Of a stretch of DNA of 62,489 nt, positions 1 to 12,913 are shown in pieces. Origin of the DNA: Conidiobolus incongruus B7586. Its lineage: Eukaryota. Below the pieces are notes generated by a model. That model worked only from the letters and a program-made list of their open reading frames with translations. It was not told where the DNA came from and ran no database searches. The stretch spans positions 1 to 62,489 of the forward strand of contig JNEM01008377.1 of the NCBI GenBank assembly GCA_000697335.1. Direction: 5' to 3'. Made by a program: the position numbers and the translations under genes. The first letter of the stretch is position 1, and each line of letters starts with the position of its first letter.

Positions 1-697
1 AAATATATATTTATAATCTTTATATTTATTATATAAAAAAATAATTAAAATTAAATATTTTCAAAGATAATTATAAAAAAATTATAAAATAAAATATAAA
101 TTTGAGTATAAATATAAAATCATTAAATTATAATTATAATATTAAATTTAATATAATTTTAATTCAAAGGAATATTTTTAAAATATTATAAATTTTGAGT
201 TAAACTATATTGTAATTTTTAAAGTTATTTTATCAAATAAATTTATTTAGATTTCATAATAATTTAATATTAGATCCTATCAAATATTTCAGGATTTGAT
301 TTAAAAAATAAATAATCATAATATAGTGAAAAATATTAAAAATTACTTATAATTAAAGTAAAAATCCTAGAGTTCTTGATATATATATATATATATATAT
401 TGTAATCCTTAATATAAAACTTTTTAAATTATATAATAGTTAGTTTTAACCAAGTCTACTTGAATTACTGATAAATTAAAATTATTAAAAATTCTTAAAA
501 AAGAATTAATAAAAAATTTAAATATTTGACAATATAATATTATTTAATACTATTTGAATAGAATCATAATCAATATTTATAATTCTATGTCATTTTATTT
601 CAACATAAAAAAATATAAATTTGTCAGAGAGCTAACTAATATGAAATAGCTAAAATTTAATAGTTGAAAGAAGATGAATACCATGAACTAAATTGCT

Positions 698-1888
698 TTA
701 TAAACGACCTTGAATTGAATTTTGACCAATTAATTGATTGATAAAATCTGTAAAAGCTTTCCAGTTCTTGGGAAAGTTTCTTCTACCAAATCCAACTCTA
801 AAACTCCAGTAGTATTCAGGATGATTATTCACATGGAAAAAGTGGCCAGGTGCAATCAATATGCCATTGTCTTTGGCAAGAAGACAAAACTCCCGTGCAT
901 CCTTGAATTTGGGCCATTTGTTTTGTTTAAGAGTGATCAGTCCAATAGTACCAGAAGTTGGTACGTCGAATTTAAAGTAGTCGCCATACTTCGCAATAAA
1001 CTCATTGATTAATTTAAGGTTGGTGCGATAGATCTCACTATTCCTCTTAATAATTGCATCAAGGTGTTCGAGAGCAAATGTAGCTAAAAACTGAGAAGGA
1101 GCAGGAGGGCATACAGATCCATAAGCTTTGGTGTGACTGATCTTTTCCAAGTATTTTAAGTTCTGTGAGGCGATCCAACCAATTCTCAATCCAGGCAAGC
1201 CAAAGGATTTAGATAATCCTCCAATTGCAAGAATGTTATCTCCAAGTTCACAGAAACTTGGTGATGCCTTCGATCCATCGTGGTTGGACCAGCGATAAAT
1301 TTCATCACTTACCAAGATCAGATTATGATCTTTTGCTAACTTGACTAAACTTGCCTTCTGATCTTCTGTAAATTGATAACCACTGGGATTGTGAGGGTGA
1401 TTAACTACCAAGAGTTTAGTTTCTTTACGAATCAATTTCTTCAAATTGTCTAGACTGAAACTCCATTTATCTGCATCAAGTCTCGTATTCCATTCTGTCA
1501 CTTTACATCCTCTTGCACGAGGTACTTCATATAATGGAAAGTAATATCCAGATTGGACAATAACGTGATCTCCGGGATTTAAAAAGCTGAAAGTAGTACT
1601 CCAAATAGTTTCATTAGAGCCACCACCATGAACAATTACATTTTGACCTTTGATTTTTCCTTCCAAATATATTTTACTAGCAATCAGATCACGTAATTTG
1701 GTAATACCATCTGCTGGAGTGTATCCCAATCCGAGTTTAGTAAATTCTTTCAGAACGTCATCAGTAGCTCCACCAAATTGTAATAATTCTTCAATGTTGA
1801 ATGGTTCCGAATCAGATACACATAAGACATAAGGTGTAGAATGTTCATTAGACATAATATAGTCGTTTAATTCAAATGGTTGAAACAT
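698..1888 (-). CDS. PLP-dependent aminotransferase class I/II (fold type I), intronless
   Basis: 396-aa ORF with NHPHNPSG, LVSDEIY, the PLP-lysine motif GGLSKSFGLPGLRIGW and C-terminal FRVGFG. Confidence 0.92.
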   Translation of the reverse strand: MFQPFELNDYIMSNEHSTPYVLCVSDSEPFNIEELLQFGGATDDVLKEFTKLGLGYTPADGITKLRDLIASKIYLEGKIKGQNVIVHGGGSNETIWSTTFSFLNPGDHVIVQSGYYFPLYEVPRARGCKVTEWNTRLDADKWSFSLDNLKKLIRKETKLLVVNHPHNPSGYQFTEDQKASLVKLAKDHNLILVSDEIYRWSNHDGSKASPSFCELGDNILAIGGLSKSFGLPGLRIGWIASQNLKYLEKISHTKAYGSVCPPAPSQFLATFALEHLDAIIKRNSEIYRTNLKLINEFIAKYGDYFKFDVPTSGTIGLITLKQNKWPKFKDAREFCLLAKDNGILIAPGHFFHVNNHPEYYWSFRVGFGRRNFPKNWKAFTDFINQLIGQNSIQGRL

Positions 1889-3629
1889 TTTGAGATTTAA
1901 TTGTTTATTCTTTTTCCTATAATTATTCAGAATAAATTTAGAATTATTAATGATTGATGAAATGCAATATGATGACTATTTATATATCGATTAAGCATAT
2001 GGGTAATTAATAAGCATTTCATTTAACCCAATTGAAAACAATTGTTATTTGAAACCTTAATGACTAATACTTTTTCAAATCTGATCTGAATTGCAAATTT
2101 CAGATTATATGATTAATGATCTGTTAAAATATTGGATTATTAGGAATTCACCAATTTACCTGAGAGTAAAAATTAGTTATAATTTAAAAATATCAATAGT
2201 AGTTTATAATTCAATTTGTGAACTCTTTTTCCTATAATTGAACTTGGAAATATAGAATATTTGAGAATTTTCCAATATTAAATTAAAAAATTAATATATC
2301 AAGTCTAATACAAATCAACTCAATATATAACCTTAAAATTATTTATCAGTTATTGGATGAAAGTAAGTTGGGTACTAAATTGAGTATTTTAGTAGTCACA
2401 TTGCAATATTGGAAAATTTAGCCGTTATTTACACATTAAAATTTATCAACAAAACCTCTCAACTCAATCAAAAACAAATGCAGCTTTCCCTTCTATAATT
2501 TAAGAAAATTTTATTATATTAAAATAAGATAATTGCCAAATTAATTATAGTTTATAATGACGATTATCAAAAATTCATTTAAATAGATATTGAATAGCCA
2601 TAACTTATGATCGATTAATTTTTATTTAATCATAAATAAAAAGATAAAATTCTAAATTTTTCTGATATATTTCTTAAATAGAATTAACAACATCTTATTA
2701 AAATAGTAAATTGATATAATAGTAATAATAAAGACTTTTGAAAATTATATAAATATGCAAATTCTATTATAATAATCTAATCTAATCAAATCTAAATAAA
2801 ATGTCTAATATATTTTTTATAAAAAATTCATATTAAATATTTCGGCTAATAAAGTTTAAAAACTATTAAGATCCGACCATATACTAAGGAACCAAAGAAT
2901 TAAATATCCATATTTTATCCTATTATATAAAATATTATCATTAATTACAATAAGAATTTTAAAATGATCTGTTTCAATCATTGAAAAAAATGCAACAAAA
3001 CAAAATCTTATACTTTTACCAGTTAACAGAGGATTTCAGCTGTCAAAATTAAATTTATATAAATATCATATCTAATACAAAATTACATTAACTTTGGGAT
3101 GATAATTTACTAATAAAAATTTTCAAATTCTAATCAATACAAAAGTTTGGATTATAATGATTAGAGTATACCATATAAAAAGTTGAGTTTGTGAACGATA
3201 TTGATAATTACATAATTCAAATAATTTATATAAATTTATTTATGTTCATTCAACTTGATCTTTAATCGATTGATTCAATATTGTTATTATACATTATAAA
3301 AGTTGGATATTTGTAATAATAATTTTTTATTAATTGAAATATGAATTGATTTAAAGAATTATTGAGAAATATTCGAAGGGAATTAGTTATTTTGTGGAAT
3401 GTTATTTAGTATCGGACTGTACAAAATCATATATATATATATATATATTTAGAAATATACACTATAATTTCACATAAAATTGAATCTCAATATTTAGGCT
3501 TTCTAATTAAATTGAATTTAAAGATTGGTAGTGGTGTGATAAAATAACATAGTGGATATTCTCAATTATCCTAATCTACACAACGTTACAAATAACTAAA
3601 AACCACTTGCCAAATGATCTGATGACAAT

Positions 3630-3637
3630 TGACGTCA
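3630..3637. promoter_or_regulatory. Palindromic CRE/ATF-CREB-type site TGACGTCA about 90 bp upstream of the CoA-transferase start
   Basis: Exact TGACGTCA in an AT-rich promoter; function is inferred only. Confidence 0.35.
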
Positions 3638-3728
3638 TTCAACATTCCTCAACCCCTAATCTTCAAACAATTCTTACAATGTATAAAAACCCTTACCAGT
3701 CCCTAACAAATACGAAATTCTTAATAAA

Positions 3729-5120
3729 ATGATAATAAAGCAACTAATTAATAAATCAATTAAATTAAAAAATTGTAGAAAATTTTCAACACATGTCGGC
3801 AATAATGAAAATTTGTTGAAAGGTATTAGGGTGTTGGATTTGACAAGAATATTAGGTAAAAATATATATTTGATTATTAATTAAACAAAATTAATTATTG
3901 ATTAGCTGGCCCTTATTGTACCATGTTGTTGGGAGATATGGGGTAAAATAACCAAAACATCAAAATATTATAATATTTTATTAACTCCTAAATATAGTGC
4001 TGACGTGATCAAAATCGAAAGACCAGGTCTAGGCGATGATACAAGATTGTGGGGACCTCCATTCGCAACACCCCAAAATCCGGGATCGAAACCCGAATCT
4101 GCGTATTTTTTGTGTGTGAATCGCAACAAACGCAGTGTCACTGTGGATTTGAAATCTGAGAAAGGTCTCAAAATTATTAAAGATTTGGCCAAGGTGAGTG
4201 ATGTATTGGTCGAGAACTACATTCCAGGGAAGTTGGACGAAATGGGACTGGGCTACGAGCAGTTGAAGGAGGTGAATCCGAAGTTGGTTTATGCTTCAAT
4301 TACGGGATATGGGCCTGATGGTCCATATGCGAAGACGCCGGGCTACGACGTAATGATTGAGGCTGAAGCTGGGCTGATGCATATTACTGGCCATCCTGAC
4401 ACTGCACCAGCTAAAGTTGGTGTAGCGATTACTGATGTATGTACTGGTTTGTATGCTCATGGCGCTATTTTAGCATCCTTATTCGCCAGGGATCGCACTG
4501 GAAAAGGTCAAAAGGTCGACTTATCACTTCTGGAAACTCAATTGGCTTGTCTTGTAAATTTAGCTAGCAGTCACCTGATTGGTGGTGTAGACCCCATGCG
4601 ATCAGGCACATCTCACCCTTCCATAGTACCTTACCAATCCTTCCCTACCAAAGATGGTCACATTGTAGTGGGAGCTGGTAACGACAAACAATTTGAAAAC
4701 CTCTGTAAAAAGCTGAACCTAGAGAATTTGTATCAGCATCAAGAGTTCAATTCCAATCCCAGCAGAGTCAAAAATAGAGTGAAATTAATACAGCTATTAA
4801 ATAACAAATTTAAGGAGCAACCCACATCCCACTGGTTAAACCAACTCAAAGGCGGAGGTTTTCCATTTGCACCTATTAATGACATCAAAAACACATTCCA
4901 ACATCCTCAAGTTAAACATCGCAATATGGTGCAAACTGTTCAGCACAGTACATGTGGCAATATTCAATTAGTGGGGCTTCCTGTCAAATACAGCGACATT
5001 GGCACTAGTATACGATTACCGCCACCCACATTGGGCCAACATACTGACGAAGTCTTAAAACAGGTATTAAACTACAACCAAACCGAAATTGATACTTTAA
5101 TCCAAAACAAAGTAATTTAA
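3729..5120 (+). CDS. Family III CoA-transferase (CaiB/BaiF, succinate-hydroxymethylglutarate CoA-transferase-like), probably mitochondrial; 2 introns
   Basis: Spliced by eye: ATG 3729 MIIKQL...CRKFST...GIRVLDLTRILA|GPYCTMLLGDMG|ADVIKIERPG.GDDTR.WGPP, then NRNKRS and GYDV motifs. GT-AG introns at ~3857-3905 and ~3943-3997. Confidence 0.92.
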
Positions 5121-5152
5121 TCTTTCAAAAGTTTATTTAATTAAATAAAGTT

Positions 5153-6593
5153 TTATTGATTTTCACTGGTTTGTAAATTTTCAATTTTTTCTTGAGTAGG
5201 GGTATCACTTCTAAGTTGATCACAAGTTGCCATAATATCTACAATAAAAATTAAAATCAAATAATATAAATGTATAGAAATGGATTACCTTGTCCTTTCA
5301 GGTATCTAATATTACACTTGAGATTGCTATTTAGGAGATATTGCGAGAATTCTTTAATTGATCGATTGGTGTGCATTCGTATTGGGAACCTGGCCATGCG
5401 TTGAAAGGACTATCAAAAAATTAATTATATTGTTAAACATTCAAATAAAAATATTTACATTAAATTGACGTGAGCTGGGATTCCTTTAACCAATCTCAAC
5501 AATTCTCTAGCATCTGCCAATGAATCGTTAACACCCTTTAACATCACATACTCGAAGGTCACTCTCTGTGTGGCTGGAGTTGACAATTTTGAAAATTGTT
5601 TACAAGCTGTCAACACCTCTTGAATATTGTACTGCTTGTTAAGTGGCACCAATTCGTCTCTGACATCATTGGTAACAGCATGTAGCGAAACTGCTAAATT
5701 CACTCCAAGATCTTCCGCCAGTGATGGAATTAACGGCACGACACCAGATGTCGACACCGTAATCTTATGCTTACTAAAGTTAATCCCTTTCGAATCCGTC
5801 AAAGTTTTAATAGCCCTACTCAAATCCTTGTAATTGTGCAGAGGTTCACCTTGGCCCATAAATACTAAATTTTTCAAATTTCGCTTCTTTCTAGGCTTGA
5901 TGGGAATGTCGTTGAAACTTTTCGCAAATACCATATATTGACCGACAATTTCGTGAGGCTTCAAATTCCTGCTCAGTTCTTGAGTACCAGTATGGCAAAA
6001 TGAATAACTTGGGGAACAACCTATCTGACTCGATAGGCATAATGTACGACGTTTAGATTCCGGTATCATCACCGTCTCAATGGGCTCTTTAACTGTATCA
6101 AATTGAAAAAGACGTTTAATAGTACCATCTTTTGAAGTTTTCAAATCCTAACCAAGCATTTAATAAAAAAAGTTTTTTTAACAAAATATTTTATAATCTT
6201 TTACAATAGTTTGAGGTAATCCCAACACATAATGTTCTTTCAAGTGTTGTCTAAAATGATTAGGTAAACTCGTCATTTTGTCGAATTCTTCAACACCTGA
6301 CAAATTTATTAGTTTCAAATATTCAATATAGCTTTATCTTCCTTACCTTTGACATAAATCCAATCCCAAAGTTGGTCAATGTTATACAATTTGGCCTTGG
6401 GGTACTTTTCATAAATTTTGGTATATAATTCGGAATGTATAATACCTAATAAATTCTCTTTTTTAGTATTAGGTTCATTGGGATATTTAACATTGGTCGC
6501 TGAAGAATAAAATCTTGAAGTTGTAAATATGTTAAAAATTGGTCGATTAGGTTTGATATATTTTAAATTATATTTTATATTATTTATTATCAT
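5153..6593 (-). pseudogene. rlmN: RlmN-like radical-SAM RNA C2-adenosine methyltransferase with mitochondrial-type presequence and 4 introns; apparently disabled
   Basis: Motifs SKDGTIK, IETVMIP, TLCLSSQIGC, VFMGQGEPLHN, ITVSTSG, LAVSLHA, FEYVML, VNLIPFN. The CxxxCxxC motif reads CSPSYSFC, a -1 frameshift gives TAA at 5333-5331, and the C-terminal DIxAACGQL reads DIMATCDQL. Confidence 0.85.
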
Positions 6594-7004
6594 GATTTAG
6601 GTCTACTATTTTGGATCTTTTTTTGATTAGATTATTGATATCACCTTTATATTAATTTTAAGAGTTTAGGATTAGTCCCACAATTTGGGATTTAAAGAAT
6701 TGTTAATTACACCTGAATTGTCACCTGTCCTAGCTCAAGTTTGTCAATTTTATAATATCATATTATCAAATGGATAATGAGATTAAAATATAATATTTAT
6801 AAATATTAATTTTGTAATTTAATTAATATCTTTAATTGGTATAATTTTTTAAAATTAACAATTATTAATATAATATTTTTAATAATTTGTCATAAATAAT
6901 CGCTAACTACCAATTGTGGCTAAGAAAATTCCCATAACAATTAATCATCCGAATTGATCTATAATTAAATGAAGCAACAGTAACTAAATCTTAAAATATT
7001 CAAA

Positions 7005-7712
7005 ATGTTTACGGGATTAGTAGAATTAGTTGGTAAAGTTCACGATATTCAAGAACTTGATACCAATAAGGACGGAGGTCAAGGTTGGTCTATTACCATT
7101 GGAGAAGCTGCTGCAATTCTCGACGACTGCAAACTTGGTGACAGTATCGCTATCAATGGTACCTGTCTCACTGTGACTCATTTCACCAACGATACCTTCA
7201 AAGTGAACTTGGCTCCAGAAACTTTACGTAAGACCAATTTGGGCGATTTGAAGGTTGGTGACGTCGTCAATTTGGAACGCGCTACAGCATCCCATACTCG
7301 ATTTGGCGGTCACTTCGTACAAGGACATGTCGACACAACTGTCACCATCCTTGACATCACTCCCGAGGAAAATTCCACCTGGTACAAATTCCAAGTTGAG
7401 GATCAAGACTTAATGAAGTACATTATCGAAAAGGGATTCATTGCTCTGGATGGGACGTCCCTCACAGTGTGTGATGTGAACGATAAGGAGAGATGGTTCA
7501 CAATCATGATGGTGCCCTACACCAAAGACCACGTGATCATGCCTACCAAGAAAGTCGGCGATCGTGTCAACGTTGAAATGGATATGCTCGGCAAGTACGT
7601 CAACAAGGTTATCGACAACTTTTTGGAAAGTTCCAGCAATCGGGAAGGGGGTCCCATCGAATTGTTGGTTGAAAGGATCATTGACAAGAAGTTGAAGGAA
7701 AGAAACTTGTAA
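7005..7712 (+). CDS. RIB5: Riboflavin synthase
   Basis: Diagnostic MFTGLVE N-terminus, GDSIAINGTCLTV, VNLERA, GGHFVQGHVD, KGFIALDGTSLTV. Confidence 0.97.
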   Translation: MFTGLVELVGKVHDIQELDTNKDGGQGWSITIGEAAAILDDCKLGDSIAINGTCLTVTHFTNDTFKVNLAPETLRKTNLGDLKVGDVVNLERATASHTRFGGHFVQGHVDTTVTILDITPEENSTWYKFQVEDQDLMKYIIEKGFIALDGTSLTVCDVNDKERWFTIMMVPYTKDHVIMPTKKVGDRVNVEMDMLGKYVNKVIDNFLESSSNREGGPIELLVERIIDKKLKERNL

Positions 7713-10700
7713 TTAAATTTTGGTTTATTATTCATTTAGATTCCAGCTTCACCTTTGGTGTATTTGATTCTTTTTTAAAATTATTTAGTTCCCCTTTTGT
7801 TATAGTTGTTATAATCATTTATTTTTAACACAAACTAAAATTAATTTTTATCATTATAACCACAACCAATATATCATTAATTATAATCAAAAATATCACT
7901 TAAAATATTTATTTTAAATTTTTTTATTAGTTATTTATACATATTTACTTTATAATTAACCGATATTATTAAAAAATGGATATGCTTTGGAATAGTGAAA
8001 TTTACATAAAAGGGATTATGAATTAAGTGAGTAAATATAAATGATTAGCAACACTCATAAATAAATTTATTCAAAGTTGATCATTTTTGTTCAAGTTTTA
8101 TATAAAGTCAGGAGATCCCAAGAAGGTAAGCCCTAACACCAATCCTTAAAAACTGGCTCAATGGATTGTTAGGTATTGAAGGAGTAAGTTTCCAATGGCA
8201 TTGATATCTTGATCCATCTTTATATAATATCGAGGATATTTAAAAGTTATTAAATCCATATTACATATGCAAATATTCTTATTATTAGATTTTTACTTAT
8301 ATAATACATTGCAAATGGCTATCTTTTCCCAATTGTATCCTATTATTTTGTTGTATAAATTTTGCTTAAATCTTTTATATTGAAATAAATCAAAATAATA
8401 ATATTCAATAATATTTTGGCAATATTAATATATGCCTTATTTATAGAGTTTTTGATGTTTTTATTATTTATTATCTCAAAGTATATTAAATTAAAATTTT
8501 TTAAATTATTTACTTTGTGATTTATTATTTTTATAATATAGTTAATAAATAATTTTAGTATTTTTTTCCTTTGTTAAATAAATAATAAATATAACTTGAT
8601 ATAAAAGCTATCATATGAAGATTAAGTTTAGAATTTTAATTTTTGATTATATTTTATAAAGATCTTAATTATTATTTTAATTATAATATAGTTATTATAT
8701 AATGATATTATTTATTTAGTAATTTTTTAAATATTAATAAAAATTTTTATATTTTTAAAATAATTCATTTATTTGAATTAAATTATTATTAAAAAGTATA
8801 ATATAATATATTTATCTTTTAAATTTTAAAAGAAATAATCATCAATTTTAATATATCTTATTATATTTGAATATATAATTCAATTTATTATATAATATAA
8901 TTAAGATAATATTTTTTTAAAAAATTATTAATTATTTTCTTTGGAATATTACAAGTGAATTTAAATATATATTAATTTTTTATAATTAAAATAATTGTTT
9001 TTCTAATATTTATTTATTTTAATTTAAATTATATTTATTTTTAATTTTAATAAATTATTGATTTTAATTTTTTTTATTTTTGGTTTATTAAGGAATTAAT
9101 AAGAATATAAATAATTTAATTATTTTTTAATAATTTATTTATAGTTTTTATTTTATAAGATTTTCCTTTTTTAGTTTTTTATAGTTTATTTTATTAATGA
9201 TAATTTATTGATTTTTTATATAAAATAATTTTAAATCTAATAAACTTATTAAGTAATTATCCTTGTTATTTAAGGTCTTGATTTTAATATTTTGTCAAAA
9301 TTTTTATGAATTATATTATATATTATTTTTTAATTGGATGTTGCTTTTTTGATTAAAAAGTTATTAAATATTAAACACAAAATAAAGCCTAAATTCACTT
9401 GAAGTTTAAATGGTTTTAACCTTTTTAATCTTATCATAATATCTAAAATATCTTAATAAGATTTCAAATTATATTTATATTTTCTATTTAGAAATATAAT
9501 TAGGATTATCTATATTAGACTAAAAATGATAATAATATGTTTAATGCAATATTATTTGAAAATAAATTGTATTATAAAATAATATCCAAGTATATTGGTT
9601 AAAAAATAATAAAATACTTAAACCTTGGTTAAATATTAATAGGTATGTCCAGAAATAATGGAAGTGTGAGAAATAACTAATAAGTTTAATAAACTGACCC
9701 TCTGGGTAATTAAATTATATAAACCTTAATATTAAAAGATATAATTGATTTTATTTTTTTATCAAAATATTTTATACTTATTTCACTGATTTTTGCTTGC
9801 TATTTATAATGCTTGTTTATATATTTATATATAAGATTTAATAAAGAACTACTTTTATAATAAATTAAAGGATGTAATAACTATATATAAAATCATAAAG
9901 AAATATAAGGTCATTAAAGATTAAATAATTTATGAGAAATTATTAGAGTTTGATAAATAAGTAATAAGTGAGAATATTGAGCTAGTATGGTAAGTCAAGC
10001 TTAAATCCAATAATATGACAATTGGATTAAAATAGTAATTGATTAATTATTATAGATTATTATATTATTGAGTATCACAAATTCTATCATTTAGCTGTAG
10101 CTATCAATTTTAATTTTTATATTACAAATTCATAGTGAATTTGATTCAAAGGTAATAATCAAATATAATGCCAAAAATGAATGGATAATCAATATTAAAA
10201 ACAATCCAGGTTATATTCTTTACAGTATATAATAATGATTAGATTTATAATTAATATTATTATTATTCTTGAAAGGAAAGGTAATTACTTGATACTAATT
10301 AATTGTGTAAATTTATATTACATAAATATTGAATGTAATTTTAAGCATTAAATTATTAAAGGAAAATTTTCCATTATAAATTTGGATTGTCTGATCAAAT
10401 TCATTAATGAAACTATATATTTAAACTTATACCTAAATCTAAAAATAGTTTTTGAATATGTATAGTAAGAGACTATATATTGATAATATATTGTAATAAG
10501 ATTTTAATGCTTGGCAAATTTGAATCAAAAATTAAAATTTTATTATCTAAGAAGTATTATCAATACAAATTTATACTTAACATTGAAATACTAATTTGAT
10601 TAAATGTGGTAATTAAAGACATATTTTGTCTATAAATATCAACGTGAATTAAATTAAAGCAAAAAATTTCAAGTTTTCAAAATTGAATTATATAGTGATC

Positions 10701-11756
10701 ACTGATGATGTTACCAGTTTCCAGTAAAAAATAATTTTTAGAAACTACTTAATAATTTTTTATAAAAATATACTTTAGGAATGAATAAATACCAATGTTA
10801 TAGTTATTATTAATTAAATCTTTAAATTTATATTCAATTATCAAGTTTTGGAATTTAATCTTTTGGATTGAAATACAAAAAATACTCATAGATATTATAA
10901 TCAGTATAAGAATTAGATTGAAAAAGAAAAAAAATTTAAATTACTAGTATTGTTGTACATCATTTTTGATTAATATTTCAATATTGTTAATACCAGTAAT
11001 TAGTAAATATATATTTTGGAAATTTTTCAATTTTCAATTTATTATTATATTAAAATTCATTTATTCTTAAATTATTTCCGCTAATTAGAAATATAATTCC
11101 GATTTCTATATTTATATAAATAAAAATTACAAAAAAATTAAATTGATATTATCAAAAATTATAATTAATTTTGATGAACTAAAATATTCAAATTGAGGTC
11201 CAATTACAAATTTTGCTATAGGGTATTTAAATAACTTAATATGGTAAACATCTTTCAAATTACCTGATAAATAATGTATCATTTTTAAGTCTAGATATGG
11301 AATTAATGTGAATTGAACTTGAATTGTTTAGTCAATTTGTGATAAATTCATACTAAGTAATCCATAAAAAAATCCATAGTGCTTCAGTGTTCGAAATATT
11401 ATGTACTGAACTGAGTATATTTTCTTAATAGAATTTAATATAATTTTACTCAAAATAAATAATTAAATCAATTCTCAAAATTTTGAAAAATATAATTATA
11501 CCATTCACTATGACTTTGGATTATAACAAGAAATTTATTATACAATAGATTTATGTTGGATTATAGATAGATTAGCTATTTCAACTACTAGTGAATGATA
11601 TTATGATAGGAAACTGACTCTGATTAAGTGAGTAATGCATAAATCATCCATGTATGAATCTAGGTATAAATAATTAAAATGTCTTGTTGCGTCAGCAGTC
11701 ATTGAAATTACTAATTGATTAAAACATAAACAGCATTTTCAATCAAAGATACAAAA

Positions 11757-12913
11757 ATGTTTGAATGATTTGAATTATTCAACTATATTATGTCAAATGA
11801 ATTCATGACATATTATGCTTTATTTCAATCTGACTCAACCTTTTGACATTGGTGTACTTTCAAAGCTTGGAGGAACTTTTGATCAAATTATCAAAGGATT
11901 TACTAAACTTGGACTGGGATATACAACTGCAGATGATATAACCTAATTACGTAATTTGGTTACATGTAAAATATATTTAGAAGGAAAAATCAAAGGTGAA
12001 AATGTGATTGTTTATGGTGGTGAATCTAATGGATCCATCTGAACTACAACTTTTAGCCTTTTAAAAACTCGATATTACTTTTTCCTATATAAAGTACCTT
12101 GTGTAAGAGGATACGAAGTAACAGAATGGAATGCAGGACTTAATGCAGACAAATCAAGTTTCATGTTGGAAATTTTGAAATTGATTCATAAAGAAACTAA
12201 ACTCTAAGTAGTGAATCATTCTCATAATTCTAGTGGCTATCAATCCACAGAAGATTAAAAGATTAGTCAAGTTAGCAAAAGAGCATAATTTGATTTTGGT
12301 AAGTGGTAAAATTTATTATTGATCAAATCATAATGGTTCCAAAGCATCACAATGATTTTGTGAGATTGAAGAAAATGTTTTTGCAATCGTAGGGTTGTCC
12401 AAATCCTTTGGCTTACCTGGATTGAGAATTAGTTGGATAGCCTCTCGGAATTTAGAATATTTGGAAGAATTTAGTCTGACCAAGTCTTACGGATCTGTAT
12501 GTCCTTCCGCTCCCTCCCAGTTTTTGGCTTCATTTGGTCTCGAACACCGCGACGCAATTATTAAGAGGAATAGTGAGATCTATCGTTTCAATCTTAAATT
12601 AATCAATGAGTTTATTGCAAAGTATAGTGACTACTTTAAACTAGCTATACCAATTTCAGGTACCATTGGATTGGCTACACTCAAACAAAACAAATGACTT
12701 AAATTCAGGAATGCTCATGAGTTTTGTCTCTTTGTCAAAGACAAGGGTATTTTGCTCACACCTGGTGACTTGTTTCATGTGAATAATTACCTTGAACATA
12801 GCTGGAGTTATAGAGTTAGATTTGATAGAATAAACATTCCCAAGAACTGGAAAGTCTTTACAGATTTAGTTGATGAATTATTAGACGGAGAATCCATTAA
12901 TAGCCGTTTATAG
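11757..12913 (+). pseudogene. Degenerate inverted paralogue of the aminotransferase at 698-1888
   Basis: Collinear with copy 1 from ATG TTT to ...CGT TTA TAG. In-frame stops (11766-68, 12040-42, 12695-97), indels and a deletion in the NPGDHVIVQ segment. The residual ORF 12395-12697 retains SKSFGLPGLRI. Confidence 0.92.

Noticed and set aside
11766..12697. In-frame TGA codons as selenocysteine or an alternative genetic code
   Set aside because: They mostly replace Trp codons in a frameshifted copy; intact genes use TGG for Trp, and TGA ends MTO1.
11757..12913. RIP as the cause of pseudogene decay
   Set aside because: RIP would be expected to hit both linked copies, but copy 1 is intact, the tandem ERG27 pair is undamaged, and indels are also present.
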